The position numbers and the translations under genes are program-made. From Eledone cirrhosa (lineage: Eukaryota): 64,000 bases of DNA. The notes under the pieces were generated by a model, which worked only from the letters and a program-made list of their open reading frames with translations, was not told the origin of the DNA and made no database searches. The DNA lies in the NCBI GenBank assembly GCA_964016885.1, contig OZ024740.1:249550001-249614000 (forward strand). The letters are read 5' to 3'. Numbering within the stretch: position 1 is the stretch's first letter; each line of letters opens with the position of its first letter. Shown piece after piece: positions 49,984 to 62,320 of the stretch.

Positions 49984-49986
<3 letters not shown>
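49895..49986. repeat. hairpin from a Penelope-associated terminal repeat (same family as 61550-61660)
   Basis: AGGAAAAGAGTCAGGACC..GGCCGTTTCGACAGCTAG-AT-CTAGCTGTTGAAACGGCC..GGTCCTGACTCTTTTCCT. Confidence 0.8.
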
Positions 49987-50022
<36 letters not shown>

Positions 50023-50083
50023 ACCCTCCATATTTATAATTATATATTAACCATATATAAGTATAAATATTATTATTATTATT

Positions 50084-50120
<37 letters not shown>

Positions 50121-50274
50121 ATCATCATCATCAATTAACGTCCATCTTTCACGCTAGCCTGGGTTAGACGGGTCGCATTTAGAGGCAAGTCGGTCGGGTG
50201 ACTGTGTCTCACTCATATAGGGGTGTTTCTGGCTGGTTTTCTATGGCTGGATGCCCTTCTTAATGCCAACCATA

Positions 50275-50530
50275 TATATATTATTTATCTATGGTCATAC
50301 GTGGAATAAAGGTGCTACCCAAGATTTCAAGGTCCAAATTTGACCATCCCACCAGAATACAAGAGGCATCAAATTAGTGACTTTTCTTCAGGCGATTATA
50401 CAAGTAGTGTCTGAAGGAAGGTCACTAATTTGAAGCCTCTTGTATTCTGGAGGTGTGGTCAAATTTAGGTCTTGAAACCTTGGCTAGTGAGTGCCTTTAT
50501 TCCATGTATGAACATAAATAAATAATATAT
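50275..50530. repeat. ~250-bp palindrome with a decayed hammerhead motif in each arm
   Basis: Minus arm: GC-CTGAAGA-long stem-GAAA-TCTTGGG-TA-GCACC (50311-50396); plus arm: GTGT-CTGAAGG...TTGAAACCTTGG. Confidence 0.8.
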
Positions 50531-50754
50531 TTCTGCTCTCTTCCTGATTGAGCATTGTTTTCCTTATGTATCACCATCATCCCTGTTTAATGTCTATTTT
50601 CCATGCTTGCATGGGTTAGATGGGTTGTCCTCATCATGAGACAAGTCTGACCAGTTGGCCACACTGCACGTTGCTCAGATGGAACTGTAAATTTGCCTAG
50701 GATATTTACAGTTGGATGCCCTACCTAACACCAATCACATTTAAAGTGTGGGAG

Positions 50755-51150
50755 TGGATGGTACCATTATGGGGAGGGACAGGCCTGTTGGCTGTGCCGT
50801 ACCCTGCTAACATTGGAACCATAGTTTGGGAACTGGGTGGTCCTACTATCAGATAGGTCGGGCCAGTTGGTCACACGAAGCCTTAAACATATTGAGGCCA
50901 TGCTATACCTTGTACAATATCGGGACTGTTGCTGTAATTTGGGATATGTGTGGTCCCACTATGAGGGAGGTTGGACCAGTTGGCTGCACCAAGCCTTTCT
51001 CAAAGTAGAGCCTTGGGTGGTGCCATTATGAAGAGGTTCTGGCCAAGTTGGCCATGCCATACCCTGCTCACATCAGATTCGTAATTTGGGTGGATCTGGG
51101 TGGTCCCACTATGAGGGAGGTTGGGCCAATTGGCTACGCCATGCTTTACT
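50755..51150. repeat. GC-rich diverged tandem repeat, about 5 units
   Basis: Recurrent GGTGGTCCCACTATGAGGGAGGTTGG.CCA.TTGGC. Confidence 0.8.
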
Positions 51151-51179
51151 CATGAAGGAGCCATGTTACTGAGTGGTCA

Positions 51180-52305
51180 TACCATCAACCACATTTACAG
51201 TGTGGAGCTGTCATCCTTCATGTACATCGCTTATCCCTACCACCACAGTCTGCTCTCCTGCACACAGCATTTGTTCCCTCTTATGCCTAGTTTTGCTCTC
51301 AATTCATTTACACTTTGTCATTCATGCACACTTCTGTTACACATCCATTTGATCATGCAGGCTTCATTTCTTTCCAATTTCCATAGATCCTCTGCATGCA
51401 GAGCCCATGTTTCACTTCTACATAGCATTGCTGTGCACACACAGGCATCGTACAACTTTTTTCTTGAGTGAGACACCTTTCGTAGCTAGCAACATCAGTA
51501 GCTCCCTGAACTTTATCCATCCTGATCTTACTCTGGTAACTGTACTTTCTGCGCATCCACCTCCTCTGTTGATTTTAATAGCCAGGTAGCAGAAGCTGTC
51601 AACTATTTCTATGGGATCCTCTGTGCAATTGAAGGAGCTTGCTTTTTGAGGGTCTTTGCTTATTTCCCTTGTGCAGTATTCACATATGAAGTCTGTGTTT
51701 TTTGCTAAGCTGCCTGTTTTCCCAATACATGGCTTGTGTATCCACAGTTTGCATTTGGGACACCAGATTGAGTTTCTGCCTACTCCTTTCCTGTATACTG
51801 AGCTGGGCCATTTCCCAGAGGGATCAGAGCCCTGTTTTCTTTTCTGCTCACTAGGATTTTGGTCTTTGCCAGGTTGACTTTAACACCATTTATTTCTAAA
51901 TTGAGCTTCCATGTCTGAAATTTCTTCTCTAATTCTGTCATAGAATCAGCTAAGGCAGTCAGTGTATATGAGTTCCCATGGACAACAAGTCTTAAATTGC
52001 TCTGTTATAGTCTGTAGGACAATAATGAAGAAGATGGGGCTAAAGACAGAACCCTGGTGGACCCCCACCTGCACACTAAATTCCTCACTGTACTCATTGT
52101 TGATTTTAACTTTGCTGGTGGCCCCCTGTGCGTAGCATGTACTGCTCTAAAGGGCCACTCATCTACCCCTTGTTTTCTGAGGGCCCACCAGATTATGGGT
52201 CAAGGGATTCTGTTAAAAGCTTTCTCTAGGTCCATGAATGCTAAGTAGAGCAGCTTACTTTTAGCCAGGTATTTGTCCTACATTTGTTTTACAATAAAGA
52301 GGGCC
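51180..52305 (-). mobile_element. RTE LINE fragment
   Basis: DLEKAF, GVHQGSVFSP, KWPSSV, VDSFCYLA remnants on the minus strand. Confidence 0.88.
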
Positions 52306-52365
52306 TCAGGGAGGTTGGAACTATGATAATCCTTCAATTTTTTCATTACTTTACTTTATTTGCAA

Positions 52366-53030
52366 TCTTCTATATAAATGGCAATTTCTGTCAGTCTGTG
52401 TATATGTGTATAACCAGTTGGCGCCTACACCAGTGACCCAATCCTGATGAAACTTTACACACGTTAACGTTAAGCTAATATTCAGAAACAGGACTGGCTA
52501 ATTGGATTTCAATAAAAATCAATAATGGAACCCCATGGGACATCTTTACAATGGAGGAGGTAAGAGAAGACATTTCAGTGAGAAAGAGGGAAGAGGAGAT
52601 ACTACTACTGTATGTGAAACCCTCTCTCCCCTTCCTCCTCCCAAAACTCAGTCCTCCAAAACAAGGCAACAATTTATTAGAAATATACATAAAGAAATTT
52701 CAATCAAAGCAGACGACAATGCGTGTTCTTGATTGTTCTCCATTCTGTAGAGAAAGAGATAGGGTATGAGAGAGAGAGAAGAGAGAGAGGGTATGAGAAA
52801 AAAGAGAGAGAGGGGTTGAGAAAGAAAGAGAGTGAGGGGGATTGGGGAGGGGAGAAAATGATAGCAGCGTTCAATAGCTTTAACTTTATTTATTCTTTAC
52901 AGACTGTTTAACTCTCCCCCTTCCTCAGCCTTACATATCTTTCTCTCTCTCTTTCACACAAGACGTACTGTGACTGTGTGTGTTGTGTGTGTCTGGGGAA
53001 GTTACAATGTCCGCACACACACAAACACGC
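52366..53030 (+). mobile_element. non-autonomous Helitron 5' part (same family as 60391)
   Basis: A|TC..CTATATAAATGGCAATTTCTGTC..; TAAGCTAATATTCAGAAACAGGACTGGCTAATTGGATTTCAATAAAAATCAATAATGGAACCCC shared with 60484-60548. Confidence 0.75.
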
Positions 53031-53051
53031 ATCTATCTATCTATGTATATA

Positions 53052-56000
53052 TCTATACTATAACGCTGACGGCCGTATGTAAGTAACAAACTTTCCGCCA
53101 AGCGGCTGGACCAAACGGTACCAAATTTGCACCATAGATGTAACTTTTTCCAAGTAAGAAAGTGAGGGTATTTTTGTCTACTGAATTTTGTTAAAAGATT
53201 AAAGACATTATTTAAATATTCATTTCTTTAAAATTTTCAAATGTCAACACTTCCGGTTATACGAGATTCCTAACGTCTTCACGAACCAAAGTATCATCTT
53301 CCTGTTTTCCTTCGGTTGCAACGTTTTTCGAAATATTTACTTCTGCGTTCACAGATTGATCAGAAGATCCCGTTAAGGGTGAAAGCAGCGATTCTTTGCT
53401 TAAACTTTAATCTGTTATTTTAATATATATATATAATTATATATTCATGTACAGATATTTTTGCATACAAAAAACAAAATATAAACAAACGTATTTATTT
53501 CACGAAAACACAGACGGCTTATCATCATTGTTACTGCCGATATGCCACCCAAAAAGTCCTAGCCTGGTCGCAAGATCAGATTTTCCAGAAGAAAAAATAT
53601 TATAACAAACGTATTTATTTCACGAAAACACAGACGGCTAATCCTCATTGTTATTACCGATATGCCACCCAAAATGTCCTACTCTGGCCACAAGATCAGA
53701 TTACCATCAACAAAGTTCAGGGTTAAACCCTAAATGTGGCTGGCTTTCATCTGGGAAAACCATGGTCAATTGTATGTAGGATGCTCTAGGTTGAGCTTGC
53801 CAAACAATCTCTTCATCTTTGCTCCCGAGGGCCGAACAAAAAATATTGTATACTCTAACAATGTAATTTATGTATTTTCTGTTACTTGGAATTTCCATTA
53901 TGGTTGTACAAATTATTGTAAAGTTTGTTAAAAAATGTGTTCTCCGTTCAACCTTTATTGTTGTAACTATCAATTTTCTTTAATGTACTGGCTGAGAAAA
54001 GAAACCTACAATGAAAGAACATCTTAAAGTTTACCCAAGCCAAATGTTGTATTTATTAACATTTCTATCTGCAGGTTCTTAGCAAGCTTACTGGCGCTTT
54101 AGTATGGTATTCAATTCTCATATCGTTTTTTATTGATATGGTGCATATATCGCAGCTATTCATATGTTTTAAACATTAGATAACGATTGCTGATGTATAT
54201 TGTACAACAGAATTAGCTGAAAAATATTTTGAATGAACAAATAAAAGAGATATAAAAGAGAGATGTTTGTTGGTTGGTTCCTTCGGGTATAACACGAAAA
54301 TAACGAACAGTGACAATCGGAAAGTATTATAACAAAATACTGGTGTGTATGAATATAACAAAAGACGTGGTTTGTGTGTATAATATTTAATCAACAATTT
54401 GTGGTTATATAGAACAGTATAGTTGACATCTCAATGAATAGATGAAAGAATGAAGCAAAGTTATTAGTTACCGTTTGGTTGCCAGGCGAACGCAACTGGC
54501 CGAAGGCGCCTGTCCAAAGGGCAAAATGAGAGTGAGGGAGCTTAAAGTTATTCCCTTTATAGGGTTGGAACGGAAGTGACAGAAAGGGTTCTGCCACCAA
54601 CGGGAAGTAACTCCAACTACTTCTTGTCTAGAGAGCGTTAATCTATTGGTGATGTGAGTATCACAACAAGGGAGGCAACTCCTGCTACATTATCTCCCGC
54701 CAGATTTTTAAAATATAAAAATCGAATGAAATATGTATGTAGTAAGTTGGCGAGAATGTTGTAACAGGCATGAAAATTACGAAAAAAAATAATGTTTGCA
54801 ATAATAGGAAAACAGCAAAATATATGCATGCAAAAATCAATGATAGATATCAAGAGAACGACTGGACATCTATCTATCCATCACCCAAAGATACAATGTA
54901 ATCAAAGTAAGAGAAGAGCTCAAAGTTCAAAATACAGTTCACAGGTATGCAATCACATGACAGCAGGAAAGAAAGTGTGTTCCAGAGAATGAATGCAGGT
55001 GGTTTCTGTTCTGTGGTATAACGTGAAATTTCCACACTCCGAATGGATTTTCTCGCAGGAAGAGTGCTGCAAAAATAAATTCTCTGGCTTGTTCTGCTGG
55101 TTTTGGTTGTTGATGGAGCTGTGTTGCTGTTGATGTTGTTGTCTCGCGGAGTGAGCGTATTCTATGTTTAAATTCACAGAAAAAAATGAGTTGCGCAAAG
55201 TGCTAAAAATAACAACCGAAGTTGATGGTCGATGTTGAGAATGCGTTGACCTGGAAGGGTCAAGAAGCTAGCGACCAAAGAAATAAGCATTCTGAATAAA
55301 TGCGCAGTTTTCAACGGCAAATTTACGTGGTCAATTTTTAAACCGGCAAATAGGAGAATATAGCTTAAGGCTGGAGAATCCTTGGCGAAAAATGTTATAT
55401 CTGGCGTGTGGTTATCGCCGTGAGTCGAGAATTGTGCTGCCTACACGTGCCAAAACAAGGTTAAGTTGAAAAAAAATATTTCTATTGCGCGAGAAAATGG
55501 CGCGAAAATAATAGTGCAACAGGTCGTTGGCAGCCATTTTGAAAAAATGTGTGTGTGAAAGTGACAATATGATGAAAAAGAAAGAAAGGCTTCACTTAGT
55601 ATAACAAATATGGCGAGTTCAATTTTTTTTTGTGAACGATGAAAAAAGGCAATAGTTGAGATTCATCGAAAATAAATGTTCATGTTGAAATGTGTAAAAA
55701 AAAAAATCAAATTTCTTTTTTTGTTTGTTTATTTTTAAAGTGTTCGTTGTAAGAAGAAACGAAAAACATATATATATAGTGAAATGCGACAGTTAGTTGA
55801 TGTACGAGACGTGCGTGAGAGAAAAAGAGTCTGTCTGAACGAGAATTTCACATGTGCGTGTGTTCGTTTCTGTGTCTGCGTATTTTCCTAGTTTGTCAAT
55901 AAAATTTGCTGCGTATTCGTAATGTTACTCACACAACACCAGATTCTACTATTTTTTTTCTTTTTTCTGGGTCACCACTTATAACAGTGTACTGGGTTGT

Positions 56001-56780
56001 ATAAGTATAAACAGGAGACGAAGTTTGTGTGTATAATATTTAATCAACAATTTGTGGTTATATAGAACAGTATAGTTGACATGTCAATGAATAGATGAAA
56101 GAATGAAGCAAAGTTATTAGTTACCGTTTGGTTGCCAGGCGAACGCGCCTGGCCGAAGATGCCTGGCCAAAGGCCAGGAGCCGAAAGGGCAAAATGAGAG
56201 TGAGGGAGCTTAAAGTTATTCCCTTTATAGGGTTGGAACGGAAGTGACAGAAAGGGTTCTGCCACCAACGGGAAGTAACTCCAACTACTTCCTGTCTAGA
56301 GAGCGTTAATCTATTGGTGATGTGAGTGTCACAACAAGGGAGACAACTCCTGCTACAGTATGTACAGGATTGGGATAAGAGTATATCCAGAAAAGTTTAT
56401 TGATACTAATTTTATAACACCAAAGAAGAGGAAAGACATACAACGTATGCTAACCAACCTGACTGCTATTTCTAGCAGGTTGGGAATCAACCATAAGGGA
56501 TTCTCTCTGCGAGTTCGTTGTCAGTGATGATCGTGTTTCGCGGCCTATGTCTCCGATTCCAACGGTGGTTTACACAGGCACACACACAAACACTCACACA
56601 GGCACACACACACATATATATATACACACGAACACTCACACACACATATATATATACACAAACACACACACAATATACACACACTGTAAACAAGACAATG
56701 CATTCAATACAGACGTTTTCTCTTCTGCCGGTCTTCTCTTATCATTTGTTAACCTTGGCGAAGCTGGGTACCTCAGCTAG
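53052..56780 (+). mobile_element. Helitron derivative with a helicase C-terminal remnant, hosting an LTR element
   Basis: A|TCTATACTATA start; 3' GCTGGGTACCTCAGCTAG|T; TINKVQG*TL..HGQLYVGCSR..RTKNIVY at 53703-53855; 121-bp tandem duplication at 53485-53702. Confidence 0.8.
54328..56357 (-). mobile_element. complete non-autonomous LTR retrotransposon (Gypsy-like, 2030 bp)
   Basis: LTRs 55980-56357 and 54328-54689 (TGTAGC...GTTATA on minus), TSD GTAT at 54324-54327 and 56358-56361, PBS TGGTGACCC at 55969-55977, PPT-like GGCGGGAGATAA next to the 3' LTR. Confidence 0.9.
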
Positions 56781-57587
56781 TATATATTTAAAACTGTGGA
56801 TGTGTGTGTGTCCATACCCACAGAACTTCAAAAGTTTGCAACCAATTTTCTTCAAATTTGGAACAAACATGCGTTATGTTCCCAGAAGTGTTGTGGACTC
56901 ATAACATTTTCGAGATTTTATCTAATGCGGCCCCTAGGTGGACGAAAGCTGTCTCTGGATCACCGTGACAATCACGTCACATGTGCAAAACTTAAATAAT
57001 TTTGGTTAACATTTTACTCATCTTAGTGTGTTACATCCTCTTTCCTTACATAATGCCTCCAAGGAATAGATCTGCCATTGTTAAAAAAACGGCGAAAACT
57101 GAAAGAGGGAAAAGAAGAAAAGCAAATGAATCGTCAATGGAGGCTGCAATTAGATGATCACAAGATGCTGAACATAAAGCTACTGCAAGAGTGTTAGAAA
57201 ACAAGGAGCAGCATTGTATGATGGTCATGGGTCCTTTCATTTTTCCAGATATTGATTATAGGGCCCCAAGGGGTCAGATAACCCCCTTTAACCGCTTCCT
57301 TGGAGTCGACTGAAGCATTGCATTGCAATGCAACAAAATGTCATAATTTCTGGAATTCACAACCGATTTTCACCAAACTTGGTACATGGGCTACGTATGT
57401 TCTACAAATGAATTTGAACACTCAGAATTGGCACATATTGAGTAGGGGACCCCTAGGGGCAGGAACCCTCTTTTGGAAAAAGCTGATGATTTTGTACAAG
57501 TATAGTTTTCGAAGCAGCACTGAAGTATTGACATGAATGTTATACATTACTGCTATTTAATACCCGAGCTACGGGTACTTTTGCTAG
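56781..57587 (+). mobile_element. non-autonomous Helitron abutting the previous one
   Basis: CAACC(A/G)ATTTTC..CAAA.TTGG motif twice; 3' hairpin TACCCGAGCTACGGGTA..CTAG|T. Confidence 0.7.
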
Positions 57588-57819
57588 TTTTTAATATTTC
57601 CTTGTAAGTCCAAAATAACATATTTTGAAGTTTACAACTTCATTAAGCGTTTTTGTTTAGCATTGTTGACTCCTTTCGATAATACTGCATTCACTTGTCT
57701 CTCTCTTGCACATACTGGCTTTATCTTTCCTTTGACCTAAGGATACTTGAGTGTGAGAAACAGCTTGATATGTGCAAGGACTACACAAGTGGTTTAAATT
57801 AGTCCTGATAATGATTTGC

Positions 57820-57985
57820 AGCATATAGTTATGTTCCTTTACATTTCGAGTTCAAATCCCACCAAGGTTAGCTTTGCCATTCATCCTTATGGGGTTGATA
57901 AAGTAAAGCACCAGTAATGTACTGGGGTCAATTTAATCAACTTTCTCTTCCAAAAATTGTTGGCCTTGTACCTAAATCAGAAACC
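57820..57985 (+). mobile_element. Nin-core SINE fragment
   Basis: GAGTTCAAATCCCACCAAGGTTAGCTTTGCCATTCATCCTTATGGGGTTGATAAAG. Confidence 0.75.
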
Positions 57986-58219
57986 CTTATTAATTATTAT
58001 CATGATCATCATTATCATCATTATTTAACATTCATTCTCCCTGCTTAACAAAGGTTGGACAGATCATCACAGACCAATTTAGTATTTAATTGGAGCTACT
58101 GATATCATCATAACCATCAATCACTCCCTCTGCCAAGATGAACTGCAGCTACATGTACTGAGTGATGAGTGATCTTGCATTGTCAGAAATGACATACATA
58201 TACACACATACTCAAAATC

Positions 58220-60380
58220 ATCATCGTTTTTATGTGTTTTTCTATGCTTGCATCGGTTCAGCACAGCATCTCTTCACTCATTGTATTCCTTCATTATCCC
58301 CTCTGTGAATCTCAACAATTTGAGATTAGCTCTCACCACCTCTGCCCAGGTTTTCCTTGGTTTACCTCTACTGCGGTTTCCTTCCACTAGCATTCCCTAG
58401 CACTTCTTCTTCCAGTGATCATCATTCATGCACATCACATGTCCATTCCAATACAGTCTTCTCTCTTGTACACCACTTAAACCAAGTTTTTCTCTCAGTT
58501 TATCCAAGCTCTGCCTTTCTCTCACATTTACATTCCACATCCAATGAAGCATAGTTGTATCATTTCTCTCCAGCCTATGCATGACCTCTGCACTCACTGC
58601 CCATGTGCCACTATCATGTAGTCTCACACTTCTCACACAAACATCATACAGTTGTCCTTTCATATGTCAAGAGTAGGAGTAGCTCTCTAAACTTCTTCCA
58701 TCCTATCCTTATTCTAGCTCTTATGCTTTCAGAGTACCCTCCTCCACTGCTAATTAGGTCACATGGATAACAGAAGCTTTCAACCACTTCTATGGATCCT
58801 TCATGTGATTGGAAGATTTATACCATTGATGCTCAATTACATACACAGTTTTCCCTCCCTGTTAGTCTATCTGATATCCCACTGCATCTCTTGTGTATCC
58901 AAGATTTACATTGTTTCTGCCTACTCCTTTTCTACATATTGAGCAGGGCCACCTCCCTGAGGGAATTGGCATCCTATTTTCTTTCCTACTTACAAGCACT
59001 TTAGTCTCGGCTTAGTTTACTCTCAGGCCCTTTGATCTATAAATTCTGTTTCCATAGTCAGAACTTATTCTCTAGTTCTTTTATGGATTCTGCTATAAGA
59101 CCCAGATCATCCGCATAGAGAAGTTCCCATGGACAGCCAGTCTTAAACACTTTTGTTATGACCTGGAGAACTATGATGAACAATAGTGGGCACAAAACTG
59201 AACCGTAATGAACTCCTACCTGTACCATGAATTCCTCACTAAACTCACTTCCTTCCTACTCTCACTTTACTGACAGCTCCTCTGCACAAGGCTTGCTTTG
59301 CTCTCACAAGCCATTCTTATACACCTAATTTTCTTAAGGACCAACAGATAACAGAACGAGGAACTCTGTCAAAAGCTTTTTCTAGAACAACAAAAGCTAA
59401 ATATAGCAGCTTGTTCTTGGCTAGGAACTTCTTTTTCTATTGCCTCACTAAAAAGAAGGCATCTGTAGTACTTTTCCAAACCAAACTGCATCTCGTCTAA
59501 TTTGACTCTTTCCTTAATTAACTGTTCTTACCATCACTTTCTTAACTCAGTCCATTAATTTTATCCCTCTGTAGTTGCTCCTTTGTAGAGCATCACCTTT
59601 ACCCTTGTAGCAATTTATGATTGTACTGCTGTGCCAGTCATTGGGTGTGACTCTGTCCTGTATTACCTAATTGACTATGCAAGTTTACCATTCTTCTCTG
59701 ACTGTCAACTTCAATAGCTGGTCCTTCTGTTGGGTAAGTTAAGAGTAGTCTCTCCGCCTCCCATTCATTCTTTACATTCATCTGTCTCTCATAGTAACAT
59801 TACCAAGCCTCTTTCTTTTGAGCATCAGTGGTACTAAGAGCGTCATTTCTAACACATTATCCCCACAACAAAATCTTGATTCCCTCTGACACATTGTCTT
59901 GCAATGCAAAATACTTCATGTCTCCGATCCTCATATTTCAAGACATTGGCAAACTTTCTTTTTTGAGCATCTCTCTAAGCTGTGTATATATATTGTTTAG
60001 CTTCTCTTTTGTCTACCTGATACCATTCTCTGCTACTCCCATTTTTCCAGTTTTTCCATGCCTGTCTCTTGGTTTTAATGGCTGCATCCACTGCATTGTT
60101 CAACCACCAAGTCACCCTGTGCCTGGCTGATGCTTTACTGCATCCACAAGTCTCATCAGTAATCTATCAGTAGTCTATAGTAGGTTGTCATGTAAGAACT
60201 TCCATTTGTTCTCTACATTATATGTATTTGTCTTGTCAGTCCTCTCATCAAATGCATCCCTTTGGGCCTTTCTAAACCTATATTTAACAAGATGATGTGG
60301 TTTCTTTGATCAGTAACTGAAGTTGTCAGTAAAATTTCCTCATAGAACCTGACGTTTTGTTCTTTACTCAGTTCTGCTTA
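58220..60380 (-). mobile_element. RTE LINE, older decayed copy
   Basis: VTWWLNN, NYRGIKL, LEKAFDRV, ELLYADDL, MKGQLYDVCVR. Confidence 0.88.
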
Positions 60381-60390
60381 TGCATATATA

Positions 60391-61512
60391 TCTACTATAT
60401 AAATGGCAATTTCTGTCTGTCTGTATGTAACCAGTTGACGTCTAAACCATTGATCCGATCCTGATAAAACTTTACACACATGTTAAGCTAATATTCAGAA
60501 ACAGGACTGGCTAATTGGATTTCAATAAAAATCAATAATGGAACCCCCGGGACATTACCCCCCCCCCCCCACCACCACCACACGCACTACTCCCCTTCCT
60601 CAAACAACTCAGTCCTCCAAAACGAGGCAACAACTTATTTGTTTTTTTGTTCGTCATTCTGTAGAGAAAGAGATAAGAGAGAAAGAGAGAGGGGGATGAG
60701 AGAGAGAGAAAGAGAGCCAAAGAAATAGAGAGAGGAGGTATTAGGGAAGAGAGAGAAAGAAAACAGGTTTGTTGATGAGCCCATAGCAATGGAAACTTCT
60801 GGTGTCCTTGGCTCTAGGGCTGCCTCCCAACTCACCACAATCGGCACAGAGTTGGCTACCTGCAGGGGTGAGTCTCGCAAGCCGGAATGGATTTTCCAGC
60901 ATGTCTCCCTTACCGTCCTCTATTCTGACTGCCGGGGCTGCTGGGCAGCCAGCGCGTGAGACCTCTTTTGCTCATAATAGTGAGTGATGGGGAGATCGGG
61001 AGAGATGGAGGCAGTGACAGTGGGAGTTTGGTTCCTGGTGTATATGTATATATTTACCACACTTACACACATTTAAATAAACTTTTCTGAATTACAGAAA
61101 TGAGTAAGTAGATTGTTCATTCATTCATAAACCAATGGTGAATTTATTATTTCATTTTATTTTATTTATGCTTTTTAAAATAGCCTTCACATTTTGTTTG
61201 AATTTCAGAGGTTTTGATTGTGCAAAAAAAAAAAAAGGATAAATAAAATCTAAATTTATTTTTTGGGGTCATACCCTTTTCACTGACAACATACCTAATG
61301 ATTCTTCCAAGAATTATATATGGAAGCAGTATTAAAAAGATCACCACTGGACAAAACTAATAATATTTTTATCTACATGATTTGCTTTAAACAAATGGCA
61401 ATAAATATTCTGCTATAATTCCTACTTTAGTTAAAATTCAGCAACCATATTTCAATGGTCAAATATTGTAACTTTAATAAAATACCTGGGTATCACCAGG
61501 TAGCCCAGCTAG
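60391..61512 (+). mobile_element. non-autonomous Helitron
   Basis: A|TCTACTATATAAATGGC start with (CTGT)n; 3' hairpin TACCTGG..CCAGGTA..CTAG|T; contains the GC-rich repeat at 60870-61045. Confidence 0.75.
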
Positions 61513-61519
61513 TATATAT

Positions 61520-62320
61520 ATAAATCTAGATGAATTCAGTAGGAAACTGGTTAGACCATTACTCACCAGAGTACTTGATACTTGGGGTAGTAGAGTATGG
61601 TTATATGAATGAGTCAGGACTCCGACAGCTGAGCTCTTGCCGTTTCAACAGCTAGTTCTAGACTGAATTGCAAATGCATTGGTGGTTAAAAACCCGGCCA
61701 GGAGAAATGCTACAACACTACCTAACTATATTTGGAACCTCTGCGACAATAATATTACCTATGAACTAAATTGGAGTCCTTTGTCCAAGGCCAAACCTTA
61801 CACACGAAGACACTACCCATGCAATTTATGCTCTGAGGAGACAATCCAAATGTTGTTCACCAAGGACCAATTATCAAATAAAATGATGAATTTGTCACCT
61901 CATGCAAAAACCGTATTTACAAAACATATCTCAATTTCAGACCTCACGATCCGGAAGGGGGGGGGGGGGGGGGGATAAATTTCCGAACATTCATTGTACA
62001 TACACACACTGCAGTAGGCACCCTAGGGTACCATAGTACATTTGCAAACGCATCCTTAGGTATATAGAGAACATATTCACCCATAACTACACATAAAATT
62101 AGCTCTTATTGAAACATTTTAGTTGATAATTGCATACCATCATTAAAACAAAATTATTAGCACACAAAACAAGTACATAAGCAGATCATCTTTTTCCTAC
62201 CCGAGCAGCACATCCAACCTTTCAGCCCCATAGATATATCCAAAGAGGCACCTACCATATTTTTTTCTATGACCGCAGCATTAAAGTGACTACACCTACT
62301 CTAGCATTCCACTACAGAAA
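61520..62320 (+). mobile_element. Penelope-like element 3' fragment (GIY-YIG C-terminal half) preceded by a terminal-repeat piece
   Basis: NATTLPNYIWNL..LNWS..KAKPY..CNLCSEE (61700-61880); 61550-61660 matches 49840-49945. Confidence 0.78.

Noticed and set aside
54328-54689. Possibility that the small LTR element is a retrozyme
   Set aside because: No CTGANGA...GAAA hammerhead core was seen on either strand of the LTR.
54391-56268. Duplicated ORF MVAEPFLSLPFQPYKG... suggesting paralogous genes
   Set aside because: Both lie within the two LTRs of the retroelement.
61524-61556. Hammerhead-like TAGATGA...GAAACTGGTTAGA
   Set aside because: The first core box is corrupted and stems I and II are too weak to support a call.
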